A stretch of 64,000 bases of DNA from a bacterium (GTDB taxonomy: Bacteria; UBP14; UBA6098; 4484-93), in the NCBI GenBank assembly GCA_021158465.1, contig JAGGUN010000027.1, positions 369 to 64,368 of the forward strand, in the 5' to 3' direction. Below, piece after piece: positions 9,041 through 19,130 of this stretch (its first letter is position 1; each line of letters starts with the position of its first letter). Position numbers and translations under genes: made by a program. The notes under the pieces are model-generated. The model worked only from the letters and a program-made list of their open reading frames with translations. It did not search any database and was not told where the DNA came from.

Positions 9041-10009
9041 CTATTTCAACAGAATAAAACATTTGGTAATGTTACCGTAGTTAGTTTCCATCCGGTAGGG
9101 ATATATCCCAGAGGAAAGAGAAGATGCATCAAAATTGAAACTGTATGTTCCTGGATTGTGGTAAGAGTTAACAGAAACAGAGATAAGCTCTCCCTTCACA
9201 TTGTAGATGGATATCTTAACATCGGTAGCAGCACCAACCGTATATGTAAAAGCGGTGCTTGAGTTGAACGGATTTGGATAGTTAGCAATAGAGAAGTTCA
9301 GTGGCTTGCTTGCTCTGGCAATCCCCGTTATAACAAAGTTCACTTCATCCTGCTCGATGCCACCGCCACAGAAAACCACACCGAGCGTATCGGCGCCAAT
9401 AGGTGCCGTCGGGGCTCCTCTATACCAATCTATAGGTTCCCCGTCATCCCATCTACTGTTTCCGTTGACATCGACGAAGGCAGCAACTGTCTTAGGACCA
9501 GCAGGAATATGCTCCGCCCTGTAATCAGGACCAGCAACAGGAACCGTCATCTCCAGTGAAGGCTCTCCACCCATTATAACACCGTAGGCATCATAGATTG
9601 CAAGATAGACATTGCTGAAATCGCCAGAATATTCTATTCTTCCGGAGAAAGCCCCCTCATCAGAGAGCGGGATGTCAATCCCCGTAGCACTACCACCGCT
9701 CGTATGGAACGGATTTCCGGGATACTGACCCGCCGGCGAGCCGGAAGTAGGCATCATCCCCTCAACAAGGACCGCTATGACATACATACTGTCCGCATCA
9801 TCAAATGTCCCCTCAATCGAGTAGGGACCCGGTGCCATCGCAGAGTTATAGAAAACAGATGAAACATCCAACTCTCCCGCAATGGCAATAACATAGGCTG
9901 GCCCTGAAACCCCCTCATCAGTGATAAGATTCCCCGATATCGTCCCAGCAAAGGCTGCAGAAACAAAGAGAAAAACAAAGAGCCCAACTGCTATCAAAAG
10001 CCTCGGCAT
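9041..10009 (-). CDS. Small secreted T9SS cargo protein, hypothetical
   Basis: Signal peptide MPRLLIAVGLFVFLFVSAAFA, with start ATG at 10009 preceded by GGGGGAGGAG. C-terminal Por secretion tail NPFNSSTAFTYTV...KISIYNVKGELI...SGIYPYRMETNYGNITKCFILLK. Confidence 0.6.
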   Translation of the reverse strand: MPRLLIAVGLFVFLFVSAAFAGTISGNLITDEGVSGPAYVIAIAGELDVSSVFYNSAMAPGPYSIEGTFDDADSMYVIAVLVEGMMPTSGSPAGQYPGNPFHTSGGSATGIDIPLSDEGAFSGRIEYSGDFSNVYLAIYDAYGVIMGGEPSLEMTVPVAGPDYRAEHIPAGPKTVAAFVDVNGNSRWDDGEPIDWYRGAPTAPIGADTLGVVFCGGGIEQDEVNFVITGIARASKPLNFSIANYPNPFNSSTAFTYTVGAATDVKISIYNVKGELISVSVNSYHNPGTYSFNFDASSLSSGIYPYRMETNYGNITKCFILLK

Positions 10010-10022
10010 CTCCTCCCCCTTT

Positions 10023-11840
10023 CTATTCATTTGTTATCCTTATTATCCCATCGTCGTTGCAGTATACCCAATATGCCCTTCCCGCGGAGAGCCCGGTATA
10101 CCTATCATAACCCCTGTGGTCAGGATTATACCAGAAAAAGCCCCAAGCTATAATCCCGGAAGGATACTGAGTAATATCCGTTATCCTGCCATACTTCTGC
10201 GGAGCGCCCACAATATTCAGCCCAGCTTTAACAGGGATATCGAGATTGTTCACAGGCGTTCCAGCAACTATGTAAAATGTATCGACAAGGGAAAGAACAA
10301 AGTAACCCTTACCAGGGACAATCTCTGTCTCGACCTTATATCGCCTCTCCTCAGGAGAAAACGAATATACCATACCAGAAGCACCGGGGAATATCGCATC
10401 GGCGGACATATCGGGAGCTATAACCGGAAGAGAAACCATATTCCAACCAGGCTTGAGATGAATCAAGGCTTCTCCTGTATTGTAGCGGAGGATTGCTCGG
10501 ATGAAGTAGTTTGTATCAGGAACAGCATTCCAACCCGTGGATACGGCGTTCTTATCGTAAGAAATATCCAGACCCGGTGCTACATCAAGACCAAGCGAGA
10601 GCGAGCGACTCTGAAATATCACCGCACCAACGAAGAAGGAGTCGACATAGATGCCGAAGCGGTCAACATTCTCAGTCAACCAACCAGGAACAGTCGCCTC
10701 CTCTGTTGGGATCTCAACAAACGGGTCACCCGGTAGCCCAGCCTCATAATCCCAGTCATACACCGCCGAACGATACTGACCAACAGTGTAAAAGTAGTAT
10801 TGCAAAGCATAAAGCTTTGCCATCTGAGGCGCGGTGAAACGAACGGCACTTTTGCTACCTGTCATCTCCCAAGCAACAGCACCAGAAGGATAACCATCAT
10901 CGTATAAGAGGGTATCGTAGAGTAAAACTCCTGGCGTAGTATCATAAATCGTAGCCCACACTGGTCCCGCAGGCTCGCTTTCCCCTCCAGGATAAATAGA
11001 TGAAACCTTATAGTAGTATGTCGCACCACGAGGAAGGTCGTAGTCAATGTATACGGTGGTATCAACATCCCCTATCCATTCATACCCTGAGGCAAAATTG
11101 TCCGAGCGGTATACACGATAACCGATCGGAGTATCCGACACATCCTTGGCAAAAGAAAGAACATCAGCCGGTAAAGCAACCATCCTGACAACAGGAAGCG
11201 ATAACTGTTCCGGTAGCCTAAACACAACCTTTTCCGAGCCTGGCGGATAGACCACCGTTGCCCTTATCATAAGGTCGCCATCGAGATAACCCCATCCACC
11301 AAGTGAGGCATCGTACATAAAGCTCCTCGGCGGAGAAGATGTATCAGCATCCAGAAATATATAGTTTATCAGCGTGTCCAGCTTGGTCACACCGACAAAG
11401 AAATCGCCTTCTATGTAAGGGTGAATGTCCAGTGCGACCTCATACCAGGAGGAGATACCATAGACATTGAGTGTCTCAGGAGGAACTATTAAATCATACA
11501 GGTTCGGGCGCCCGAACCCATCGGGACGAACAACCATAAACAGCATCTTGACAGGTCCCATCGGTGTGTAGACACGCATTCTGGCAGACAGAAGTGAGCA
11601 AGGAGAGGACGGCGTAAACCTTACTCCAACAAAATCGGCAAACTCACCCGGGTCACCCCCAACCGGAGAACCATCATCGTAGAAAAGCTCGGTCGGCTCA
11701 GGCGGAGAATACGGCTCCTCCCAGGTAAGTATCACATCGTCATCATCGGATACCGCTGTCAGATGAGCAGGCGGATACATCTGCCCAAAAAGAAAACAGG
11801 GAATAATAAAAATAAACCCCACACATACCAACACTCTCAT
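10023..11840 (-). CDS. Secreted hypothetical protein with internal duplication and a fibronectin-III-like segment; no T9SS CTD
   Basis: Signal peptide MRVLVCVGFIFIIPCFLFGQ, with start at 11840 preceded by GGGGGAG. Two related segments (DDDDVILTWEEPYSPPEPTELFYDDGSP... and TTPGVLLYDTLLYDDGYPSG...). FN3-like YRVYRSD...YYYKVSSIYPGGESEP. Confidence 0.5.
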   Translation of the reverse strand: MRVLVCVGFIFIIPCFLFGQMYPPAHLTAVSDDDDVILTWEEPYSPPEPTELFYDDGSPVGGDPGEFADFVGVRFTPSSPCSLLSARMRVYTPMGPVKMLFMVVRPDGFGRPNLYDLIVPPETLNVYGISSWYEVALDIHPYIEGDFFVGVTKLDTLINYIFLDADTSSPPRSFMYDASLGGWGYLDGDLMIRATVVYPPGSEKVVFRLPEQLSLPVVRMVALPADVLSFAKDVSDTPIGYRVYRSDNFASGYEWIGDVDTTVYIDYDLPRGATYYYKVSSIYPGGESEPAGPVWATIYDTTPGVLLYDTLLYDDGYPSGAVAWEMTGSKSAVRFTAPQMAKLYALQYYFYTVGQYRSAVYDWDYEAGLPGDPFVEIPTEEATVPGWLTENVDRFGIYVDSFFVGAVIFQSRSLSLGLDVAPGLDISYDKNAVSTGWNAVPDTNYFIRAILRYNTGEALIHLKPGWNMVSLPVIAPDMSADAIFPGASGMVYSFSPEERRYKVETEIVPGKGYFVLSLVDTFYIVAGTPVNNLDIPVKAGLNIVGAPQKYGRITDITQYPSGIIAWGFFWYNPDHRGYDRYTGLSAGRAYWVYCNDDGIIRITNE

Positions 11841-11978
11841 AATACTCCCCCATTTTTGGCTTCGCATCCGTTAAAATATAAACTAATCACCTTATATGTC
11901 AAGATAATATTTCTCTTGATTTTTATGCTGTTTTGATTAGGTTTTTATTGGATTTATAGCACAAAGGAGGACAAATCG

Positions 11979-14261
11979 ATGAAGAAAATAGCGATATTAA
12001 CTTTGGTGTTTCTGTCCTTTTGCTCAGTCATCCTTGCTCGCTCCGGGGGACCGGATGAGTTCGGATACTCATTCATCGACAACCATGAGCCGGGCGGTCC
12101 GACATTTTCATGGATTGAGATAATGGAGACAGGAACTCGGCTATCCCTTTCGGACGATAGCTACCGGAGGGTCCCGCTCGGTGGGACATTCAGGTACTAC
12201 GGCATCGAGTACGATAGCGTCTATGTTTGTTCCAACGGATGGATAAGCTTCACCACCAGTGGAAGCACAATCTGGATTGGGGGGATACCGAACACACGTT
12301 CTCCAAATGCGACCCTGGCGGTATATAACGCCGACCTATACCCATCAGGCGACCACACTGCATACTACGAAAGGCGAGGCGACCTGTTCATCATAGAATA
12401 CGATGTCTATTACTGCTGCACACCATCGGGACCCACGAACAAGTTCGAGGTTATCCTCAACATGAGAAACGGGACAATACTCTTTCAGTATCTCAGCGTG
12501 AATGTAACCCGTACCATCACCATAGGCATAGAGAATGAAACAGGAACAATCGGTTTGAACTATGGGACCGTTTCCTCACCCTCAGACCTACCTGACAGTA
12601 CAGTCATTATGTTCCGCGCCGTATCAATCATTGGACTACCGTTCTCCTATGATTTCCCAAGCACAGATGACATTGAAGGGTTTGAGGTACCAGATGAGAC
12701 AGGTGGCTGGGAGGTTGGAACACCAACCGGTGTTGGTCCAGCATCCGCTCACAGTAGTCCTTACTGTATGGGAACGAATATCTCTGGGTATTACGAGGAT
12801 TCCGCCGACTATTACCTCTACACGCCACGAATTATGCTTGGGGGGGCAAACCATCCATATTTCACATTCTGGCACTGGTATGAGACAGAGGAGGGAAGAG
12901 ATGGTGGCGTAGTGGAGATCTCAACCGACGATGGAGACACATGGGAGGTCTTGTTCCCCGAGGGTGGATACCCTATACCAGAAATGGGAACAGGCTCATC
13001 TATATCAGGGCTGCCTGGCTTCTCGGGGACAAGCGATGGCTGGGAAAAGGTAGAATGCAGTCTACTAGACTATGTAGACCAGACCGTTTACATCCGGTTC
13101 CACTTTGGGGCAACAGAAATCCTATCTGATTACGCTGGCTGGTATGTAGATGATGTCGGTGCCTCTGAGGCATTTGGGGTGATACACGGCAGGGTCGAGC
13201 TGAGATACTCTGACAACGACAGCGGGGTGGTCGTAAGCGTCGAGGGGCAGAATGTTGCCGATACAACGGACATCGACGGAACATTTTTCCTCGACTCAGT
13301 TATGATAGGAGTCTGGAGGGTAAATTTCTCCTGTTTGCACTACATACCGCATACATTAGATGGTGTAACGATCAGCAAAGATGACACACTTGAGATAAAT
13401 GTTTCACTTTCGCCAGAGCTTTACAATGTTGACCTCGAGATGGATGACGGCAGGCTATCCGCGACCCCGGACTCTGGCGAAACCTGGGGCTGGGGAGAAC
13501 CCGATACATCAGTTATCTCTCTGCCGGGGGCACATTCTGGAACACGCTGCTGGGGAACCGTCCTAAACGGGAATTACCCGAATCTCGCCGACCTTTCTCT
13601 CGACCTTCAACTCTTTACAGGAGACCTTACAAATCCCGTGCTTACCTTTTGGCAATGGTATCAGTTCGATGGTGAGTTCGAGAGCAGGTACTTTGATGGT
13701 GGCAATGTCAAGCTATCCACGGATGGAGGCGAGAGCTTTTCCGTGATAGAGCCAGTAGGCGGGTACCCTGGTGTTATATCATCCCATAATCCATTCATAG
13801 GCGGAGAGCCTGGCTTCGGTGGCATGGAAACGGGGAACTTCTGGCACCTCGTCATATTCGACCTCTCAGATGTTGACACAAATTTTATGACCATCCGCTG
13901 GGAGGTAGGCACAGACGGCGCAGGAAATGCAATAGGTTGGTATATCGATGATATAAAAATTGCCGAAAGAGAAAATATCACCGGAAGAATCAGATTGCCT
14001 GAGGTCTGCAGAATTGAAGCGTCCCCTAACCCGTTTAACTCAAACACAAAAATCGAGTTCACAATAAGCTACCCTGGTAGAACTGTCGTTTCCGTGTTCA
14101 ACATCCTCGGGAGAAGGGTCGAAACACTCATCGATGAGCAACTTCCCGCTGGACACCACAGCATCAACTGGGATGCAGGACAACTCACATCAGGCGTTTA
14201 TCTCGTCTCGCTCACCTGTAACGGAGAAAAGAAGGTTAGGAAGATTCTACTGTTGAGATGA
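11979..14261 (+). CDS. Secreted T9SS cargo protein with two MAM/jelly-roll-like domains
   Basis: SD AAAGGAGG before the ATG. Signal peptide MKKIAILTLVFLSFCSVILA. Two repeated modules that end GWYVDDV and GWYIDDIKIA. C-terminal Por secretion tail NPFNSNTKIEFTISYPGRTVVSVFNILGRRV...SGVYLVSLTCNGEKKVRKILLLR. Confidence 0.6.
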   Translation: MKKIAILTLVFLSFCSVILARSGGPDEFGYSFIDNHEPGGPTFSWIEIMETGTRLSLSDDSYRRVPLGGTFRYYGIEYDSVYVCSNGWISFTTSGSTIWIGGIPNTRSPNATLAVYNADLYPSGDHTAYYERRGDLFIIEYDVYYCCTPSGPTNKFEVILNMRNGTILFQYLSVNVTRTITIGIENETGTIGLNYGTVSSPSDLPDSTVIMFRAVSIIGLPFSYDFPSTDDIEGFEVPDETGGWEVGTPTGVGPASAHSSPYCMGTNISGYYEDSADYYLYTPRIMLGGANHPYFTFWHWYETEEGRDGGVVEISTDDGDTWEVLFPEGGYPIPEMGTGSSISGLPGFSGTSDGWEKVECSLLDYVDQTVYIRFHFGATEILSDYAGWYVDDVGASEAFGVIHGRVELRYSDNDSGVVVSVEGQNVADTTDIDGTFFLDSVMIGVWRVNFSCLHYIPHTLDGVTISKDDTLEINVSLSPELYNVDLEMDDGRLSATPDSGETWGWGEPDTSVISLPGAHSGTRCWGTVLNGNYPNLADLSLDLQLFTGDLTNPVLTFWQWYQFDGEFESRYFDGGNVKLSTDGGESFSVIEPVGGYPGVISSHNPFIGGEPGFGGMETGNFWHLVIFDLSDVDTNFMTIRWEVGTDGAGNAIGWYIDDIKIAERENITGRIRLPEVCRIEASPNPFNSNTKIEFTISYPGRTVVSVFNILGRRVETLIDEQLPAGHHSINWDAGQLTSGVYLVSLTCNGEKKVRKILLLR

Positions 14262-14318
14262 ACCGCTGGAGGTGATACACCCCCCTTATCCGTTCTTAGA
14301 ACAACATAGGAGTGGTAT

Positions 14319-15752
14319 ATGAAAAGGTTTTTGTGTGTTTTGTCTATCGTTTTCCTAACCGCAGGTGCCTCGAGCTTAACAGCGGAGTTTGCCGACACAC
14401 TTAACATCTACATTATGGACTGCTCCGGTCCTATGAATCTACTCGTCGTGCCAGACTCAATGGGAGTGGAATATGAAACTACGCCGGCATTTGAACTACT
14501 CAATTCGATATTAACATTAAACAGCTACTCCTCACCAGTAGCGGGTGAGTGGATGTTAGACTCTGTGTCAGTCGATGTAGGAACAGAACTACCATCACTC
14601 GATGCGTACGATATAATATTCCTAACGACAGGCTGGCCTTCCTCAGGTGGTAGGGTGCTTGCTGAGTGGGAGCTGGACAGTCTTATCTCATTCATAGACC
14701 CGCCTGAGGCACCGGTGCGCGGAAAACCGAGAGGACTTTTCATTGAGGGAAACGACTTTGCTTACAACCATGGAGACACATCCGCACTGCATTCCACATA
14801 TCACCCGATATTCGACTATCTTGCCTGTCTACTTCTGGACACGGCTGGTCCGCATTTCACGATTCTCCGTGGGGTTACAGGCTCACTCGCAGAGGGGCTG
14901 GATGACATTATATATTACGGCACAGAAGACACGGGACCAAGGGAATCGGTGGATGATATCGATATAAATCCGGAGTCTCCTGCTGCTCCCTATGCAAGCC
15001 TTGTGTTCACCGGAGTAGAGTCCAAATCCCCCGCCAGAGGGATGCAAAGACGCTCTTTCCCACCGTTGCACAAGGATACAGAGTTTATGGTCGGGGCAAC
15101 GGTCTACCTGCCGTTTATATTCGGGAACATCGATAACTCATCGCCATCAAATATAAAGCTCTACCTTATGGCAAGGATCCTTAACTTCCTTATTCCACCC
15201 AGGGTGAAGATGGACACGACATCCCTCCCCGATACATTCTACATAGGGGGAAGATATCCATTAACCTGCTTCAAACATGACAATTTCGAGGGTGCAACAT
15301 TCTTCCTCTCTGTCTCATACGATAGTATGTCAACCCTGGACACAATTGCCACCAGCTACTCAGGACCAGATGAAGCAGTATTTACCGTCGATTTTATACC
15401 GGATGCTACCACCGACAACCTATTCTTTCAGCTATCGGGAAGAGACATCGTTGGAAACAATGTAGAGAAGATATACGGACCATTCGTTGTTACCATTCCC
15501 ACTGGCATAGAAACACCCCAACCAGACAAGGTTGAGCTCTCTGCGTATCCCAACCCGTTCAATCAGACGGTGATCATCCGAACAGGGAACGGGGAGACAG
15601 TTTCTGTGTATAATGTTGAGGGGAAGCTCGTCGCCAAGATACCGACTGATGGGTCAACCGCAAGATGGACCCCGAAGGACCTCCCAGCTGGTGTGTATAT
15701 AGCAAGGATGGATGGCAACGGTAGAACACTAAAGCTGTTGTTCTTGAGGTGA
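14319..15752 (+). CDS. Secreted T9SS cargo protein, hypothetical
   Basis: Signal peptide MKRFLCVLSIVFLTAGASSLTA. C-terminal Por secretion tail YPNPFNQTVIIRTGNGETVSVYNVEGKLV...PAGVYIARMDGNGRTLKLLFLR. Confidence 0.6.
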   Translation: MKRFLCVLSIVFLTAGASSLTAEFADTLNIYIMDCSGPMNLLVVPDSMGVEYETTPAFELLNSILTLNSYSSPVAGEWMLDSVSVDVGTELPSLDAYDIIFLTTGWPSSGGRVLAEWELDSLISFIDPPEAPVRGKPRGLFIEGNDFAYNHGDTSALHSTYHPIFDYLACLLLDTAGPHFTILRGVTGSLAEGLDDIIYYGTEDTGPRESVDDIDINPESPAAPYASLVFTGVESKSPARGMQRRSFPPLHKDTEFMVGATVYLPFIFGNIDNSSPSNIKLYLMARILNFLIPPRVKMDTTSLPDTFYIGGRYPLTCFKHDNFEGATFFLSVSYDSMSTLDTIATSYSGPDEAVFTVDFIPDATTDNLFFQLSGRDIVGNNVEKIYGPFVVTIPTGIETPQPDKVELSAYPNPFNQTVIIRTGNGETVSVYNVEGKLVAKIPTDGSTARWTPKDLPAGVYIARMDGNGRTLKLLFLR

Positions 15753-15753
15753 A

Positions 15754-16830
15754 CTACTCGTTGTAGCGGAAAAAAACATATACCCCGCAGGCAAGAAAAA
15801 CAATATCCCCAAGAAAAGCAGCAACAACAGGTGGAAGGTCACCACTATATCCCAGAGCCTGCCCAAAGCGGAGAAGTAGATAGTATATGAACGAGAAGAA
15901 CACCCCCTCACCAACACCAAAGAGGAATCCACCACGGCGAAAGTGGAAAGAAAGTGGCAAAACAAGAAAAAGAATAATCAGATTTGTCATAGGGTAAGCT
16001 ACTTTGACCAGAAGGTCTACACGCTCCCTTGTGGCAGGAACACCGGAGGAACGAAGCCTCTTTATGTAAAGCGCAAGGTCACATATCCCCATCTCCTCCG
16101 GAGAGACCTCAACATACCGAAATTCATCAGGGGATTCGTCCATCGGTGCAACTAATGTGTCAAACGGGAAAGCTACTTCCTCCTCCCCCTGAAAAACACG
16201 ATCAACCCCGTTCACAAGGAACCAAACCCCATTCCTCCGAAACACCTTTTCCGCATCAATCCGGCGAATAACCTCACCCTTGTCAAAGAACTGAATAACA
16301 ACACGCTCTCCTCTCTCCTGATTCGGACGGTATATATGGAAATAATAAACTTTTCCGCCTTTGGATTGATAAAGATAGTTCACAAGAAGCTTGGGACTCC
16401 GCCGGTAGCGTCTCTTAAGGATTTTCTCACGCCGAATCTGGTTCTTAAGCAGGTTGGTCTTCGGAACAACAAACTCCGACAACAGAAAAACAAATACAAC
16501 AACAAGGAAACCGATAATCAATATCGGAAGAGAAACCCTAGCAGTACCTATCCCACAGGAACGGATAGCCACTATCTCATAGTTTCTATTCTTGATGGAA
16601 GCCAAGAACCCCCCAGCAAGAAGAACAGCAATCGGAGCAGTAAGAGCAAGGATATAAGGGACATAATAAATATAATACAGAACCACCGTCTTAACAGGGG
16701 TATGATTGTCGACAAATTTGTCGAGATTCTCTATGAGGTCAACCAAAACAAATACCAGAACAAACGCAACGAAGGCAAACGAAAGTATCTGTAAGAAATC
16801 TCCGGCAATATACCTATCGAGGAGCTTCAT
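15754..16830 (-). CDS. LptF/LptG-family LPS export permease
   Basis: N-terminus MKLLDRYIAGDFLQILSFAFVAFVLVFVLVDLIENLDKF and overall YjgP/YjgQ topology (three N-terminal TMs, a periplasmic domain, three C-terminal TMs). Confidence 0.7.
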   Translation of the reverse strand: MKLLDRYIAGDFLQILSFAFVAFVLVFVLVDLIENLDKFVDNHTPVKTVVLYYIYYVPYILALTAPIAVLLAGGFLASIKNRNYEIVAIRSCGIGTARVSLPILIIGFLVVVFVFLLSEFVVPKTNLLKNQIRREKILKRRYRRSPKLLVNYLYQSKGGKVYYFHIYRPNQERGERVVIQFFDKGEVIRRIDAEKVFRRNGVWFLVNGVDRVFQGEEEVAFPFDTLVAPMDESPDEFRYVEVSPEEMGICDLALYIKRLRSSGVPATRERVDLLVKVAYPMTNLIILFLVLPLSFHFRRGGFLFGVGEGVFFSFIYYLLLRFGQALGYSGDLPPVVAAFLGDIVFLACGVYVFFRYNE

Positions 16831-18110
16831 TATATATGAACCAGATACCTGAAATAGATGTATACTGAGCTTATCACAAGCGATTCAAACACAATCGGTA
16901 TCCCGAAACGAGCAAACTCAAGGAAACTTATAGGATGCTTGTATTTCTTTGATAAATCGACTACAAGGACATTGGCAGATGCGCCAACAGCGGTAGCATT
17001 CCCTCCAAGACAGGCTCCAAGAGCAAGCGACCACCAAAAGACATTCCCTACATGGACACCATGCAGACCACCGATTACCTGCTTGATGAGCGGGACCATT
17101 GCCGCAGTATACGGAATATTGTCAATTATTCCTGATATAACAGCGGAGAACCACAAGATGAGCATTGATGCGAAACCGACTCGACCACGAGTGAGAGCCA
17201 AAACAGCCCTACCGAGATGCTCTATCACCCCGACCTTCTCAAGCGCCCCAATAACCATAAAAAGCCCAATGAAGAAAAAGAGCGTGGTCCACCCCACACC
17301 GGAAAGCGCCTCCCCCACATCCTCACCGGAGATGATAAGAAGAAGCACCGCACCAAAAAGGGCAATAACAGAAGGGAGAACGCCCATAGCATCGTGAACC
17401 AGGAAACCAGCAAGAACCAGAGACAAAACAAAAAGCGACCTCCACATAAGCGGTCGGTCCTGAATTGCACGGGATGGCTCCATCGATAGGATGCGGGCTC
17501 GAATGTCCCTTGATGTCCTAAGCTGCTTTCTATACTTCACATAAAGATTGAAGGCAAAAACAGCGAGGATTATAAGGACCACAGGGGCAAGATTAAAAAT
17601 GAAACTAAGAAACGAGAGCCCTGCAGCACTCCCTATGATGATGTTCGGTGGGTCACCTATTAGTGTCGCTGTACCACCAATGTTCGATGCCACAACCTCC
17701 GATAAAAGATACGGAACATAACTTATCTCAAGCCTCTCCGCTATGAGGACAGATATAGGACACATCAAAAGAACTGTGGTCACATTGTCGAGGAACATCG
17801 AGATGAAAGCGGTGGCAAGGCTCAAAAATATCAATATCAAAAGCGGACGCCCACCAGCAAGCTTGGAAAGGGAAATAGCAATATACTCAAAAACTCCGCT
17901 CTTCGAGGTTATGTTGACTATTATCATCATACCAGCAAGTAGAAATATTACATTCCAGTCCACAAACTGGAACGGTTCATCCTCCTTCAGGACACCAATC
18001 ATCGCAAAGAGCGTGCCAACAAAAAGCGCTATTGTTGTCTTGTTCATCCGCTCCGTCGCGATGATAACATACATCGCGAGAAAAACCAGCAAAACAAGAA
18101 TTGCCACCAT
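16830..18110 (-). CDS. ArsB/NhaD-superfamily permease (anion/Na+ transporter family)
   Basis: Polytopic membrane protein with ...VTTVLLMCPISVLIAERL... and ...NIGGTATLIGDPPNIIIGS..., matching the ArsB_NhaD permease family. Confidence 0.65.
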   Translation of the reverse strand: MVAILVLLVFLAMYVIIATERMNKTTIALFVGTLFAMIGVLKEDEPFQFVDWNVIFLLAGMMIIVNITSKSGVFEYIAISLSKLAGGRPLLILIFLSLATAFISMFLDNVTTVLLMCPISVLIAERLEISYVPYLLSEVVASNIGGTATLIGDPPNIIIGSAAGLSFLSFIFNLAPVVLIILAVFAFNLYVKYRKQLRTSRDIRARILSMEPSRAIQDRPLMWRSLFVLSLVLAGFLVHDAMGVLPSVIALFGAVLLLIISGEDVGEALSGVGWTTLFFFIGLFMVIGALEKVGVIEHLGRAVLALTRGRVGFASMLILWFSAVISGIIDNIPYTAAMVPLIKQVIGGLHGVHVGNVFWWSLALGACLGGNATAVGASANVLVVDLSKKYKHPISFLEFARFGIPIVFESLVISSVYIYFRYLVHI

Positions 18111-18125
18111 AGATGTTTACCCTCT

Positions 18126-19031
18126 TTATCCGAAGACAATCTTCGAGATAAGGTCACGGCGAGACAGTATCCCCACAAGTTTGCCAGAGCCGTCCCTTAC
18201 ATAGACATATCGCCTGTGACGCTTTATCATAATAAATGCAACATGGGTTATTGGGACATCTTCCCTAACGATGGGAATATTACGGTTCATTATCTCGCCA
18301 GCGGGTGTGTCCTTGTCCTTCTCAAAAAAGGAAATAAACGGTTCAAACACGGTTAGAAAGGACATATCTTTTAGCATAAGTGTATAGTCAGGGAAGCCAA
18401 GCTTGAGAACTTCGTATCCGGTGACCTCACCAACTATCTTACCGTCAGCATCGAGAATAGGAATTGTATCTATCTTGTGCTTAAAAAACATCTCGACAAT
18501 CTCGCCAAGGGGGGTATCTTCTTTCGCGGAGATAACATCTCTCCTCATCACATTGCTGGCGAATACCACCTCGCCGACATCGATGCTGAGAGAGTTTATA
18601 TAGTCCACAACATCAGCCGGAACATTCGCAGATAGAAGGATTCTCCTTCTCCCCTTATCAGAGAGAAGCTCAGAAAATGCTGCATTGAGGTTTATCATAA
18701 GCGAGTTCTTACTCGGGGGAGCAAGCACAAGATAGATAAAATGCACTTTCTTCCCATCGATGGCATCCCAATCCACCCCGTCAGGGGAGATAGCGAGGAG
18801 AAGATAAATGTCGGAGAGGGAATCAAGCCTCGCATGTGGAAAAGCGACCTCACCTGCCCCTGTGCTCATATTCTCTTCACGCTCAAGAAGGGCAGAAAAC
18901 GCTCCCTCAGGGTCAGGGAGCGACTCACGTTCCGCAAGCTGATCAACGAGCATCTTTATAGCAGACTCCTTGTCACCAGCCGAGAAACCAAGCAGAACAA
19001 TATTTCGGGAGATAAGTGAAGATAGTTTCAT
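18126..19031 (-). CDS. PTS EIIA type-2 (EIIA-Ntr-like) domain fused to a CBS-pair domain; a predicted regulatory protein
   Basis: N-terminus MKLSSLISRNIVLLGFSAGDKESAIKMLVDQL...GAGEVAFPHARLD carries the conserved His context of PtsN-type EIIA. The C-terminus has two CBS motifs (VMRRDVISAKEDTPLGEIVEMFFKHKIDTIPILDADGKIVGEVT ... YVYVRDGSGKLVGILSRRDLI). Confidence 0.6.
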   Translation of the reverse strand: MKLSSLISRNIVLLGFSAGDKESAIKMLVDQLAERESLPDPEGAFSALLEREENMSTGAGEVAFPHARLDSLSDIYLLLAISPDGVDWDAIDGKKVHFIYLVLAPPSKNSLMINLNAAFSELLSDKGRRRILLSANVPADVVDYINSLSIDVGEVVFASNVMRRDVISAKEDTPLGEIVEMFFKHKIDTIPILDADGKIVGEVTGYEVLKLGFPDYTLMLKDMSFLTVFEPFISFFEKDKDTPAGEIMNRNIPIVREDVPITHVAFIMIKRHRRYVYVRDGSGKLVGILSRRDLISKIVFG

Positions 19032-19065
19032 TGCAGTAGAAATTTAGCAAATAGTTGTCATTTGT

Positions 19066-19103
19066 CAAACAAAAAAGGCTGCCCACCAAGCAACTGGTGG
19101 GCA
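19066..19103 (-). terminator. Rho-independent terminator downstream of ftsZ
   Basis: On the minus strand there is a 9-bp perfect hairpin TGCCCACCA(19080-19088) / TGGTGGGCA(19095-19103) with a 6-nt loop. It is followed, in minus-strand orientation, by TTTTTTGTTTG (complement of 19067-19077), and lies 28 nt after the ftsZ stop. Confidence 0.5.
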
Positions 19104-19130
19104 ACCCAAGCAGGGAGAGAAGAGAGAGAG

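Noticed and set aside
11868-11978. Possible sigma70-like promoter TTGATT-16-TATAGC upstream of the MAM-like cargo gene
   Set aside because: The match is weak and one of several equally plausible hexamer pairs in an AT-rich divergent region. It is not reported as a feature.
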